From assembly GCA_964592105.1 (NCBI GenBank), contig CAZQBL010000025.1, positions 58 to 64,057 on the forward strand: 64,000 nucleotides of DNA, read 5' to 3'. This document shows, piece by piece, positions 57,121 through 64,000 of this stretch (the first letter of the stretch is position 1; each line of letters opens with the position of its first letter). A program made the position numbers and the translations under genes. Source of the stretch: an uncultured Gammaproteobacteria bacterium (lineage in GTDB: Bacteria > Patescibacteriota > Patescibacteriia > UBA10025 > JAHIVO01). Under the pieces are notes generated by a model that saw only the letters and a list, made by a program, of their open reading frames with translations, had not been told where the DNA came from and ran no database searches.

Positions 57121-58926
57121 ATGAGTAGCGATATTGTTAGTAAAAACGACAGAAATATAAGCGATTTGGTCAAGCTTTCGCATGGAGTTTCTGGTAAGAC
57201 GGCGGTGAGCTCGGACGAGGTTGAGGAGAAGCTGAAAGAGAAGATTAAACAGCTTGATGATCAGAAGAAAGAAGAATTAACTAGAGAAATGGCCGATAAA
57301 TCTGGCTATCCTTATATTTCTCTTAAGGGTTTCCCGGTGGCGCCAGAGGCCATGAGCGTTATTAGCGAGGAAGAGGCTAAGCGTTTAAGAGTCGTCTGTT
57401 TTTTTAAGACAGATGCCGAAATACGTCTGGGGGCTGTTGAGCCGGGTCGCAGCGAAGTGGCAGCGCTACTGGATAAATTAGCAGATGAGTATCGGGTGCA
57501 CGGGCAAATTTACATGATTTCCGATACCAGCTTCGAGGCGGCCATAAAGCTATATGCCAAAATTCCCAAACCGCGAAAAGTGGTGAGTGGCATTGAAATA
57601 ACCGAAGCTGATTTGAATCGTTTGCGGGGCGAAATAGATACTTTCCGCGATTTGAACGACAAACTGCAACGTGTTTCCATGACTGACATGTTTTCCTTAA
57701 TCATGGTCGGTGCTATCAAGGCCAATGCTTCTGATGTGCACATTGAAGCCGAGCAAGAAGATGTTAAGGTGCGTTTCCGTATTGATGGTGTGTTGTACGA
57801 TGTGGCTAACGTGCCAAAGAAGTTATGGCCACAGATAATAAACCGCGCCAAGCTGATCGCCAAATTAAAAATTAATATTATTGATGCTCCGCAGGATGGA
57901 CGCTTCACCATTTATTTGACTAATGAATTCATAGATGTTCGAGTTTCTACAATACCTAGTGCTTATGGGGAAAGCATCGTCATGCGTCTCTTGATGTCAT
58001 CGGCGGCCGCTTTGACTCTTGATGATTTGGGTCTCGTTGGGCCCCCTTTTGAAATTATGAAAAAAGAGATTGTTCGGCCCAATGGCATGATTTTAACTAC
58101 CGGCCCCACTGGTTCTGGCAAGACCACCACCCTGTACGCTATCCTGAAAAAATTGAATTCGTCCGATAAAAAGATAATTACTCTGGAAAACCCCATCGAA
58201 TACCGTATTAAAGGTATAACCCAAAGCCAAGTGGAGACCTCGGAAGAAGCAGAGGGTGATAAACCGATGCTGCGCAAGATGTTGGCTGGTGCGACCGGCG
58301 GCGCCAACAAACATTATAATTACGCCACCGGCCTGCGCGCGGTTTTACGACAAGATCCGGACATTGTCATGGTCGGTGAAATCAGAGACCATGAAACTGC
58401 GGAAATATCCATCCAAGCCGCTTTGACCGGCCATTTGATGCTGTCCACTCTTCACACCAACAGCGCAGCTGGCGCTATCCCCCGCCTATTATCCATGGAG
58501 GTCAAACCGTTCTTGTTGGCTCCAGCTCTGAACGTGGTTATTGGTCAACGGTTGGTGCGTCGTGTTTGCCCGGACTGCAAAGAAAAATATAGGCCCGAGC
58601 CGGAGGTTGTGGCCCGTATCAAGGAAGTGCTGGAGACCCTGCCTGATGATCAGAAGTCGGCGCTAAACATATCGGACATGTCTTTTGCCAAGGGCCGTGG
58701 TTGTCCGAAATGTAACGGTATTGGTTTTAAAGGCCGGATTGGTATTTTTGAAATACTGACTATGAATGAAGAGATTGAAAAGTTGATATTGACCGGTCAG
58801 GTATCCGAATATCAGATTCAGAAAATCGCCAAAGCCAGAGGTATGCTGACCATGGTTCAGGACGGCATTATTAAGGCAATTCAAGGTATTACATCCCCAG
58901 AGGAGGTGCTAGAGACAACGAATTAA
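57121..58926 (+). CDS. pilB: type II/IV secretion-system ATPase (PilB/GspE family) with N-terminal GspE_N domain
   Basis: Walker A TGPTGSGKTTTLYAIL, Asp box, RQDPDIVMVGEIRD, tetracysteine CPDC...CPKC. Confidence 0.85.
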   Translation: MSSDIVSKNDRNISDLVKLSHGVSGKTAVSSDEVEEKLKEKIKQLDDQKKEELTREMADKSGYPYISLKGFPVAPEAMSVISEEEAKRLRVVCFFKTDAEIRLGAVEPGRSEVAALLDKLADEYRVHGQIYMISDTSFEAAIKLYAKIPKPRKVVSGIEITEADLNRLRGEIDTFRDLNDKLQRVSMTDMFSLIMVGAIKANASDVHIEAEQEDVKVRFRIDGVLYDVANVPKKLWPQIINRAKLIAKLKINIIDAPQDGRFTIYLTNEFIDVRVSTIPSAYGESIVMRLLMSSAAALTLDDLGLVGPPFEIMKKEIVRPNGMILTTGPTGSGKTTTLYAILKKLNSSDKKIITLENPIEYRIKGITQSQVETSEEAEGDKPMLRKMLAGATGGANKHYNYATGLRAVLRQDPDIVMVGEIRDHETAEISIQAALTGHLMLSTLHTNSAAGAIPRLLSMEVKPFLLAPALNVVIGQRLVRRVCPDCKEKYRPEPEVVARIKEVLETLPDDQKSALNISDMSFAKGRGCPKCNGIGFKGRIGIFEILTMNEEIEKLILTGQVSEYQIQKIAKARGMLTMVQDGIIKAIQGITSPEEVLETTN

Positions 58927-58946
58927 TTATTTAAGGTAAATAATTT

Positions 58947-59417
58947 ATGGCCAGAGAAGCGGGAGCTTTGTCTCCCTGGGAAGTGGCGGAAGAATCCAGA
59001 AATAGCATAGTTTCCTTGGGTCAGGCCGATTTTACGCGTCGGGGCCAAGCTGAATTGGTAGACAAAATGGTTGAAACAAAGAAAAAATTAGAAGAAATGG
59101 CATCAGAGTGGGGCACGCTACTGTCTCTTTTTGGTACAAAGGAAGCTCGGCAGAATTTTATTGATTTGTGTCAGAAATACAAGAACCAAATAGTTTTATA
59201 TAAGGAATCAGCAGTCAAGCAGAATTATGCTGGTGAATACAAAAATACCGTTGAGCATTTTCGAAAGGCGGATTACCATCACGAAATAATGAAGATACTT
59301 AATAAATTAAAGGCGGCCAAGCAATGGCCACCCAAAATTGAACAGTTGCTGACAAATTTACAGGATGGAAAATTGGTTGAAGCCCTGGTTGATGAAGTGT
59401 GTCAGTATAAGCCATAA
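58947..59417 (+). CDS. hypothetical protein (21 bp downstream of pilB, likely co-transcribed)
   Basis: No recognisable family. Confidence 0.3.
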   Translation: MAREAGALSPWEVAEESRNSIVSLGQADFTRRGQAELVDKMVETKKKLEEMASEWGTLLSLFGTKEARQNFIDLCQKYKNQIVLYKESAVKQNYAGEYKNTVEHFRKADYHHEIMKILNKLKAAKQWPPKIEQLLTNLQDGKLVEALVDEVCQYKP

Positions 59418-59450
59418 AAAAAGACCGTTTTTACAAACGGTCAATATTAG
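59416..59450. terminator. bidirectional terminator-like hairpin between convergent genes
   Basis: AAAAAAA-GACCGTTT-ttac-AAACGGTC-aatattagttattagttttttg; the stem overlaps the last three codons of the minus-strand GIY-YIG gene. Confidence 0.45.
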
Positions 59451-59826
59451 TTATTAGTTTTTTGTTCTTGCCCGGTTTATCGCTGGAGTATTTTTTGTAG
59501 TGGCTCAGAATCATTTCCCTGATAGCTGCCCGGTTTGGCATGGATCCACCGAAGACTTTTTCCGCGCCCGGTTGGAGGAATAATTTAGCTACGATGCTCA
59601 TAATCTGATTGTGCGTCTGACTTCGTTGGCTAGCTGAGATATTTATCTTGCCGGTTATGGCCTCAATATCAATCAAATACCAAAGGCGGTAAGAGTAACA
59701 TAGATTGACGAACTTTCGCACGCGTTCCTTTCGGCCTTCGGTTTTTGGGAACAACTTTATCAAAGGCACAAGAGTTTTGGTGCACGTCTGTTTTTTCATG
59801 CTTCCCCTACCTTTTTTAATGAACAA
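59431..59826 (-). CDS. GIY-YIG nuclease-family protein with a basic N-terminal extension
   Basis: RLWYLIDIEAITGKINISASQRSQTHNQ parallels the GIY-YIG core of small YhbQ-like nucleases (WFLYLIRT..KLYTGIT...RRYQQHQSG). Confidence 0.45.
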   Translation of the reverse strand: MFIKKGRGSMKKQTCTKTLVPLIKLFPKTEGRKERVRKFVNLCYSYRLWYLIDIEAITGKINISASQRSQTHNQIMSIVAKLFLQPGAEKVFGGSMPNRAAIREMILSHYKKYSSDKPGKNKKLITNIDRL

Positions 59827-59886
59827 TATTCCAAAAATAACCGTGACGAGATATTAACACGTTGGTTGTAATTAGTCAAGTTTTTT

Positions 59887-62463
59887 CTAAAGCAGTTTCT
59901 TCAGTTTGGCGCGTTGTTCGGCCAGCCTGTTTTTTACTTTTTGGACAATTTGCGGCGGAGCGTTTTTCAGGAAGTTTTCGTTGGTCAGCTTGGCTTCGAG
60001 TTTTTGGATGTAGGAGGAAATTTCGAAGATTTCTTTTTGGGCTACCGCCTCATCTTTTTTATATGCGGGGAAAAAGCAGTCAACTCCGGCCAAGTGCATG
60101 TCTGGTTTGTTGTGCATGTCTCGATCAGCTTCAATTTCGTCGGAATTGCGCAAGAGGACCTTGGATAGTGTTCTAAAAATTTCTAAATGATTCCTTAACA
60201 GCTGTATGGTTTTTTTATTGCCTTTTAATACGACTGGCTCAATGAGGTTCGACGGAGTTTTGTGTTCCGATCGATAATTTCGGAAGGCAGTGTTGAATTC
60301 TTGTAATAATCTAAATTCTTTTTCGGCAGTTTTATTAACCAATTTTTTGTCCGTTTGCGGCCAGGGCTGGATCATCAACATTTTATTTTTGGCCGGGCCA
60401 TGCCAGACAGACCAGATCGTTTCTGTCACAAACGGTACAAACGGATGGGCCAATTTCAAGATCTGTTCCAGGATATAGTGCAGGACTGTCATGTTTTTCT
60501 CAACTTTGCTGATTTCCAGATACCAGTCAGCGAATTCATGCCAGAGAAAATCATAGAGCGTTGTACCGGCCTCGGAGAAATTGAAACGCTCAATTTCATT
60601 AGTGACCGAGGTGATGACTTCCTGCATGCGACTGACTATCCACTGGTCAGCCAATGATTTGAGGGTTAATTTTTTTGTTGGTTTCCTGTCTTGGGACAGG
60701 ATAAATCTGGCCACGTTCCAGAGTTTATTGATGAAATTGCGGTAGCCGGCAATTTTCTCCTCGTACAGGCGAAAATCCTGGCCCGGCTTCGTGCCCAGGA
60801 CAAGAGACAGGCGGATGGCGTCGGTGCCGTATTTCTCGGCCATAGGAATGGGGTCAACGCCCGTGCCTTTTGACTTGGACATCTTTTTGCCATCTTTATC
60901 CAAAACCAAGCCGTGCAGGTAGACAGTTTTGAACGGTATTTCTTTTTTGAAATACAAACTCATCATGATCATGCGCGTCACCCAGAAGAAAAGAATGTCC
61001 CAGCCGGTTTCCAGAACGGAAGTCGGATGGTAAAGTTTCAGGTCTTTGGTCTTTTGGGGCCAGCCCAAGGTGGAAAAAGTCCAGAGTCCGGAAGAAAACC
61101 AAGTGTCCAGTGTGTCTTGTTCCTGGGTGAATTTTTTATTCGCGCATTTTTTGCAAACTTTTGGTTTTTTGATGGCCGCAGTCGGCGTCTGGCAGGAGTC
61201 GCAGTACCAAATGGGCACCTGGTGGCCCCACCATAATTGTCGGGAAATGCACCAATCGTGGATGTTATTGAGCCAGTGGAAATACGTTTTTTCAAAACGC
61301 GCTGGGATTATTTTTATTTTGCCGGATTTAACCGCTTGCAGAGCTGGTTTGGCTAAAGGCGCGATTTTCATGAACCACTGCTGGGAAATTAAAGGTTCAA
61401 TAGGCGTGTTGCAGCGGTCACAGCGCGCTTGGTTGTGTTCATAATCAATTACTCTCTCTATAAGTTCGCCTTCTTCAAGTCGTTTTATTATCTCCAGTCG
61501 TGTTTCCTGGACGCTTTTTCCGTAAAATTCACCAGCTTCTTTGGTCAGGTGGTTGTCCTGGCCGATGACATTGATTATTGGCAGTTTATGTTTGGCGCCA
61601 ATTTCATAATCCAAAGGATCGTGGGCCGGGGTAACCTTGACCGCGCCAGTGCCGAAAGCCATATCCACTCGTGCATCAGCGATAATGGGTATCTCTCGTT
61701 CCAAAATGGGCAGGACAACTGTTTTGCCCATCAATTTTTTATAGCGTTTATCCTTGGGGTTAACGGCCACGGCGCTGTCCCCCAACATGGTTTCCGGTCT
61801 GGTGGTGGCCACGACAATATATTTTGTCGTACCATAAATCGGGTAGCGGATATACCAGAGTTTTGTGGTCGTGGCCACGTGTTTCACTTCCAGGTCCGAG
61901 AGCGCCGTAGAGCACCTGGGGCACCAATTAACGATGCGTAGGCCCCGGTAGATTAAGCCGTCGTTGAACATTTTTATGAAAGCAGTTTGCACGGCCTTGG
62001 TCAGGGTGGCATCCATGGTAAAGTGCTCTCTTGACCAGTCACAGGATGCTCCCAAGCTGCGGATTTGCTCGGTGATGCGGGAGCCGTATTGTTTTTTCCA
62101 GTCCCAGACCCGCTCGATGAATTGCTCGCGTCCGAGTTTATCGCGGTTTATACCCTCTTTGGCAATTAAGCGTTCTACCATAATTTGTGTGGAAATGCCG
62201 GCATGATCGGTTCCTGGCAGATAAAGGGTTCTGTCGCCTAACATCCGGTGGTACCGGGTCATAATGTCCTCAAGGGTGAGGCCGGTAGCGTGGCCAAGAT
62301 GCAGTTCGCCGGTGACATTGGGCGGCGGCATGGAGATGCTGAATGGCTTGGTCCGCTTGCCGGGCAGTTTATCAGGATTAAAAAATCCGGATCGTTCCCA
62401 CCGCTGGTAGATTTCTTTTTCAGTTGATTTTGGATTATAGGTTTTATCTAACATCGCCGCCAT
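59887..62463 (-). CDS. valS: valine--tRNA ligase
   Basis: HIGH (PPPNVTGELHLGHA), KMSKS (KMSKSKGT), CP1 editing domain, C-terminal coiled coil. Confidence 0.95.
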   Translation of the reverse strand: MAAMLDKTYNPKSTEKEIYQRWERSGFFNPDKLPGKRTKPFSISMPPPNVTGELHLGHATGLTLEDIMTRYHRMLGDRTLYLPGTDHAGISTQIMVERLIAKEGINRDKLGREQFIERVWDWKKQYGSRITEQIRSLGASCDWSREHFTMDATLTKAVQTAFIKMFNDGLIYRGLRIVNWCPRCSTALSDLEVKHVATTTKLWYIRYPIYGTTKYIVVATTRPETMLGDSAVAVNPKDKRYKKLMGKTVVLPILEREIPIIADARVDMAFGTGAVKVTPAHDPLDYEIGAKHKLPIINVIGQDNHLTKEAGEFYGKSVQETRLEIIKRLEEGELIERVIDYEHNQARCDRCNTPIEPLISQQWFMKIAPLAKPALQAVKSGKIKIIPARFEKTYFHWLNNIHDWCISRQLWWGHQVPIWYCDSCQTPTAAIKKPKVCKKCANKKFTQEQDTLDTWFSSGLWTFSTLGWPQKTKDLKLYHPTSVLETGWDILFFWVTRMIMMSLYFKKEIPFKTVYLHGLVLDKDGKKMSKSKGTGVDPIPMAEKYGTDAIRLSLVLGTKPGQDFRLYEEKIAGYRNFINKLWNVARFILSQDRKPTKKLTLKSLADQWIVSRMQEVITSVTNEIERFNFSEAGTTLYDFLWHEFADWYLEISKVEKNMTVLHYILEQILKLAHPFVPFVTETIWSVWHGPAKNKMLMIQPWPQTDKKLVNKTAEKEFRLLQEFNTAFRNYRSEHKTPSNLIEPVVLKGNKKTIQLLRNHLEIFRTLSKVLLRNSDEIEADRDMHNKPDMHLAGVDCFFPAYKKDEAVAQKEIFEISSYIQKLEAKLTNENFLKNAPPQIVQKVKNRLAEQRAKLKKLL

Positions 62464-62493
62464 AACGCAGTCATTTTAACTAAAAGCGGCGGA

Positions 62494-63522
62494 TTAAACA
62501 AGCTCCCAGTTTGGGTCCGGCTCCAGTGTTTTCCAATCTGAAAAATGTTTGCGCTTGGCGTGGTAATAGCCGGCTATGGCGATCATGCTAGCGTTATCAG
62601 TGCAGAGTTCGAAGGGCGGAGTGGTGAAAGAGACTCCTTTCAGATAAGTCTTTACGCTACTTTCAAGTTGCTGGCGCAAAGGTAAATTTGCCGCCACCCC
62701 GCCGGCCAAAATAATACTTTTTATTTTAAGGTCTTGGGCGGCTTTTATGGTTTTTTCTACCAGGCAATCTACCATGGCCTGTTGGAAACTGGCGCAAATA
62801 TCGTAAATATCGTTTAGAGGCAGTTTTTTTGCGGCTATTTCTTTTTTTACGAAGTACAAAACGGCGGTTTTGAGGCCCGAAAAACTGAAGTCGTAATTTT
62901 TTTCTTTGAGCATCGGGCGCGGAAAATTAAACCTTGCCTGATTCCCCTTCTGGGCCAGTTTTTGGATCCTCGGACCGCCAGGATAGCCAATATTTAAAAG
63001 TTTGGCGACTTTGTCGAAGGCCTCGCCGGCCGCATCATCACGAGTCTGGCCGATAAGACGGTAGTTATCATGACCTTTCATCAAGATCAGTTGGGTGTGT
63101 CCGCCGGAAACGACTAGGCATAAGGCGGGAAATTTCAGGTTAGGATTTTTGTGCCAGCTGGCGTAAATATGCCCTTCAATGTGGTTTAAGCCGATAAGTT
63201 TTTTGTTCCAGGCATAGGCCAGTGTTTTGGCAGTTTGAACGCCGACCCGCAAAGCAGTAATTAGCCCGGGTCCGGCTGTAACGGCGATAGCTCCGATCAT
63301 GGCCGGTTTGACCGAAGCCAATTCCAAGGCCGCTTTAATAGTGGGGATGATATTGGTCACGTGTTGGCGGGCGGCTACTTCCGGTACCACCCCTCCATAC
63401 TTTTTCAGCGTGGTCATTTGTGAGGAAATCAGATGTGACAAAATAGTCAGGTGGTTTTTTTCCCCATTTAGTACGCTGGCGGCGGTGTCATCACACGATG
63501 TTTCTATGCCAAGAATTATCAT
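62494..63522 (-). CDS. tsaD: tRNA N6-adenosine threonylcarbamoyltransferase TsaD
   Basis: MIILGIETSCDDTAASVL, HxxxH metal site (HIEGHIY), Kae1/YgjD family. Confidence 0.9.
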   Translation of the reverse strand: MIILGIETSCDDTAASVLNGEKNHLTILSHLISSQMTTLKKYGGVVPEVAARQHVTNIIPTIKAALELASVKPAMIGAIAVTAGPGLITALRVGVQTAKTLAYAWNKKLIGLNHIEGHIYASWHKNPNLKFPALCLVVSGGHTQLILMKGHDNYRLIGQTRDDAAGEAFDKVAKLLNIGYPGGPRIQKLAQKGNQARFNFPRPMLKEKNYDFSFSGLKTAVLYFVKKEIAAKKLPLNDIYDICASFQQAMVDCLVEKTIKAAQDLKIKSIILAGGVAANLPLRQQLESSVKTYLKGVSFTTPPFELCTDNASMIAIAGYYHAKRKHFSDWKTLEPDPNWELV

Positions 63523-63631
63523 AGTAGTTTAATGGTACTGGAATATTGTCTTTTTTTCAATTTCCAGATCATTTGTTGACTTTAGTTCATTTTTCAGCTA
63601 CGATTTTGCTGTTATATGGACCTTATTTTTT

Positions 63632-63660
63632 AGCCTGGCCTAGGACGCCATACTTTCCCG
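63632..63660 (+). repeat. tRNA-derived fragment (18/20 match to D-arm/anticodon-stem region of the downstream tRNA-Glu)
   Basis: TAGCCTGGCCTAGGACGCCA versus TAGCCTGGTCTAGGACACCA in the tRNA; no acceptor or T-arm partner nearby. Confidence 0.5.
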
Positions 63661-63747
63661 AAAAATAAGTGGCCAAAGGCGACTATATTTTTCGTGGATC
63701 CCGCACAAAAAACAAGGCGTCTGACCTAATTAGTATTCATCTCATGT

Positions 63748-63825
63748 GCCGCCATCGTCTAGCCTGGTCTAGGACACCACGCTTTCAATGTGGTAACTCG
63801 GGTTCGAATCCCGATGGCGGTACCA
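63748..63825 (+). tRNA. tRNA-Glu (anticodon UUC), CCA encoded
   Basis: GCCGCCA acceptor stem paired with TGGCGGT, D-arm GTCTAGCCTGGTCTAGGAC, anticodon stem CCACG/TGTGG with loop CTTTCAA (UUC), T-arm CGGGTTCGAATCCCG, 3' ACCA; closely resembles E. coli tRNA-Glu. Confidence 0.85.
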
Positions 63826-64000
63826 ATCCTCATTCAAAAGGAATTTTTTTATTTTTACTTGATTTTTTATCTTTTACTTTAATCCCTTCTCAATTATTTT
63901 TAGAATATCCTCTCGGCGCCAGCGTCTATCGCGCCTTGAACCCAAACGAACGGCCTTTAGTCGGCCTTGATTATCCCAATCCCGAAGCGTGTCCGGGTGT

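Noticed and set aside
63632-63745. A second, intron-containing tRNA upstream of tRNA-Glu
   Set aside because: Only the D-arm and anticodon-stem portion is recognisable. No acceptor-stem complement or T-arm (GTTCGAATC) could be found in the surrounding 120 nt.
1-64000. CRISPR arrays, IS elements, integrases, transposases
   Set aside because: Scanning the sequence showed no regularly spaced direct repeats and no transposase- or integrase-like translations. The only repeat structures are the 43-bp tyrS duplication, the short GH57 spacer repeats and the tRNA fragment.

Overview
This window reads as a gene-dense, AT-rich bacterial chromosome segment that uses the standard genetic code; TGA serves as a stop in two ATGA stop/start overlaps. 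Gene content (many GT-C membrane glycosyltransferases, TrbC/VirB2-like pilins, an orphan PilB, GH57 enzymes, small proteins) suggests a Patescibacteria/CPR-like organism, but that is inference. Main blocks, left to right: (1) 1-4.6 kb, intact NUDIX, rubrerythrin and VIT1-ferritin genes mixed with four decaying genes (frameshifted cupin, panD with an in-frame TGA, truncated UMPH-1/HAD nucleotidase, MsrA with a ~55-aa internal deletion); (2) Zn alcohol dehydrogenase, DEDD exonuclease, a decayed second NUDIX, DedA, CapA, GalU; (3) an orphan substrate-binding protein followed by three tandem TrbC/VirB2-like pilin paralogs, the first fused to a ~190-aa domain with ~24 cysteines, the third carrying its own consensus sigma70 promoter, strong Shine-Dalgarno and a perfect 12-bp terminator; (4) a ~16-kb surface-glycan locus, 13.5-29 kb, with at least eight large GT-C-type membrane proteins (DUF2079, GT39/ArnT-like, GT87/DUF2029-like, a paralog pair), a GT2 polyprenyl-phosphate sugar synthase, a UDP-galactopyranose-mutase-like flavoenzyme, GtrA and PGI/PMI; (5) a yebC-ruvC-GH15-glgA-GH57-GH57(UVR)-kinase operon, a second glgA and a GalT-like gene; (6) cytochrome b5, an ECF sigma/anti-sigma pair, a lipoprotein, and tyrS with its last 14 codons duplicated as a 43-bp direct repeat; (7) the replication origin region (dnaN and dnaA on the minus strand, rpmH-rnpA-yidD-yidC on the plus strand, DnaA-box-like 9-mers and an AT-rich DUE); (8) tsaE, a DHH phosphoesterase, pilB, a GIY-YIG nuclease, valS, tsaD, tRNA-Glu(UUC) and a tRNA-derived fragment.
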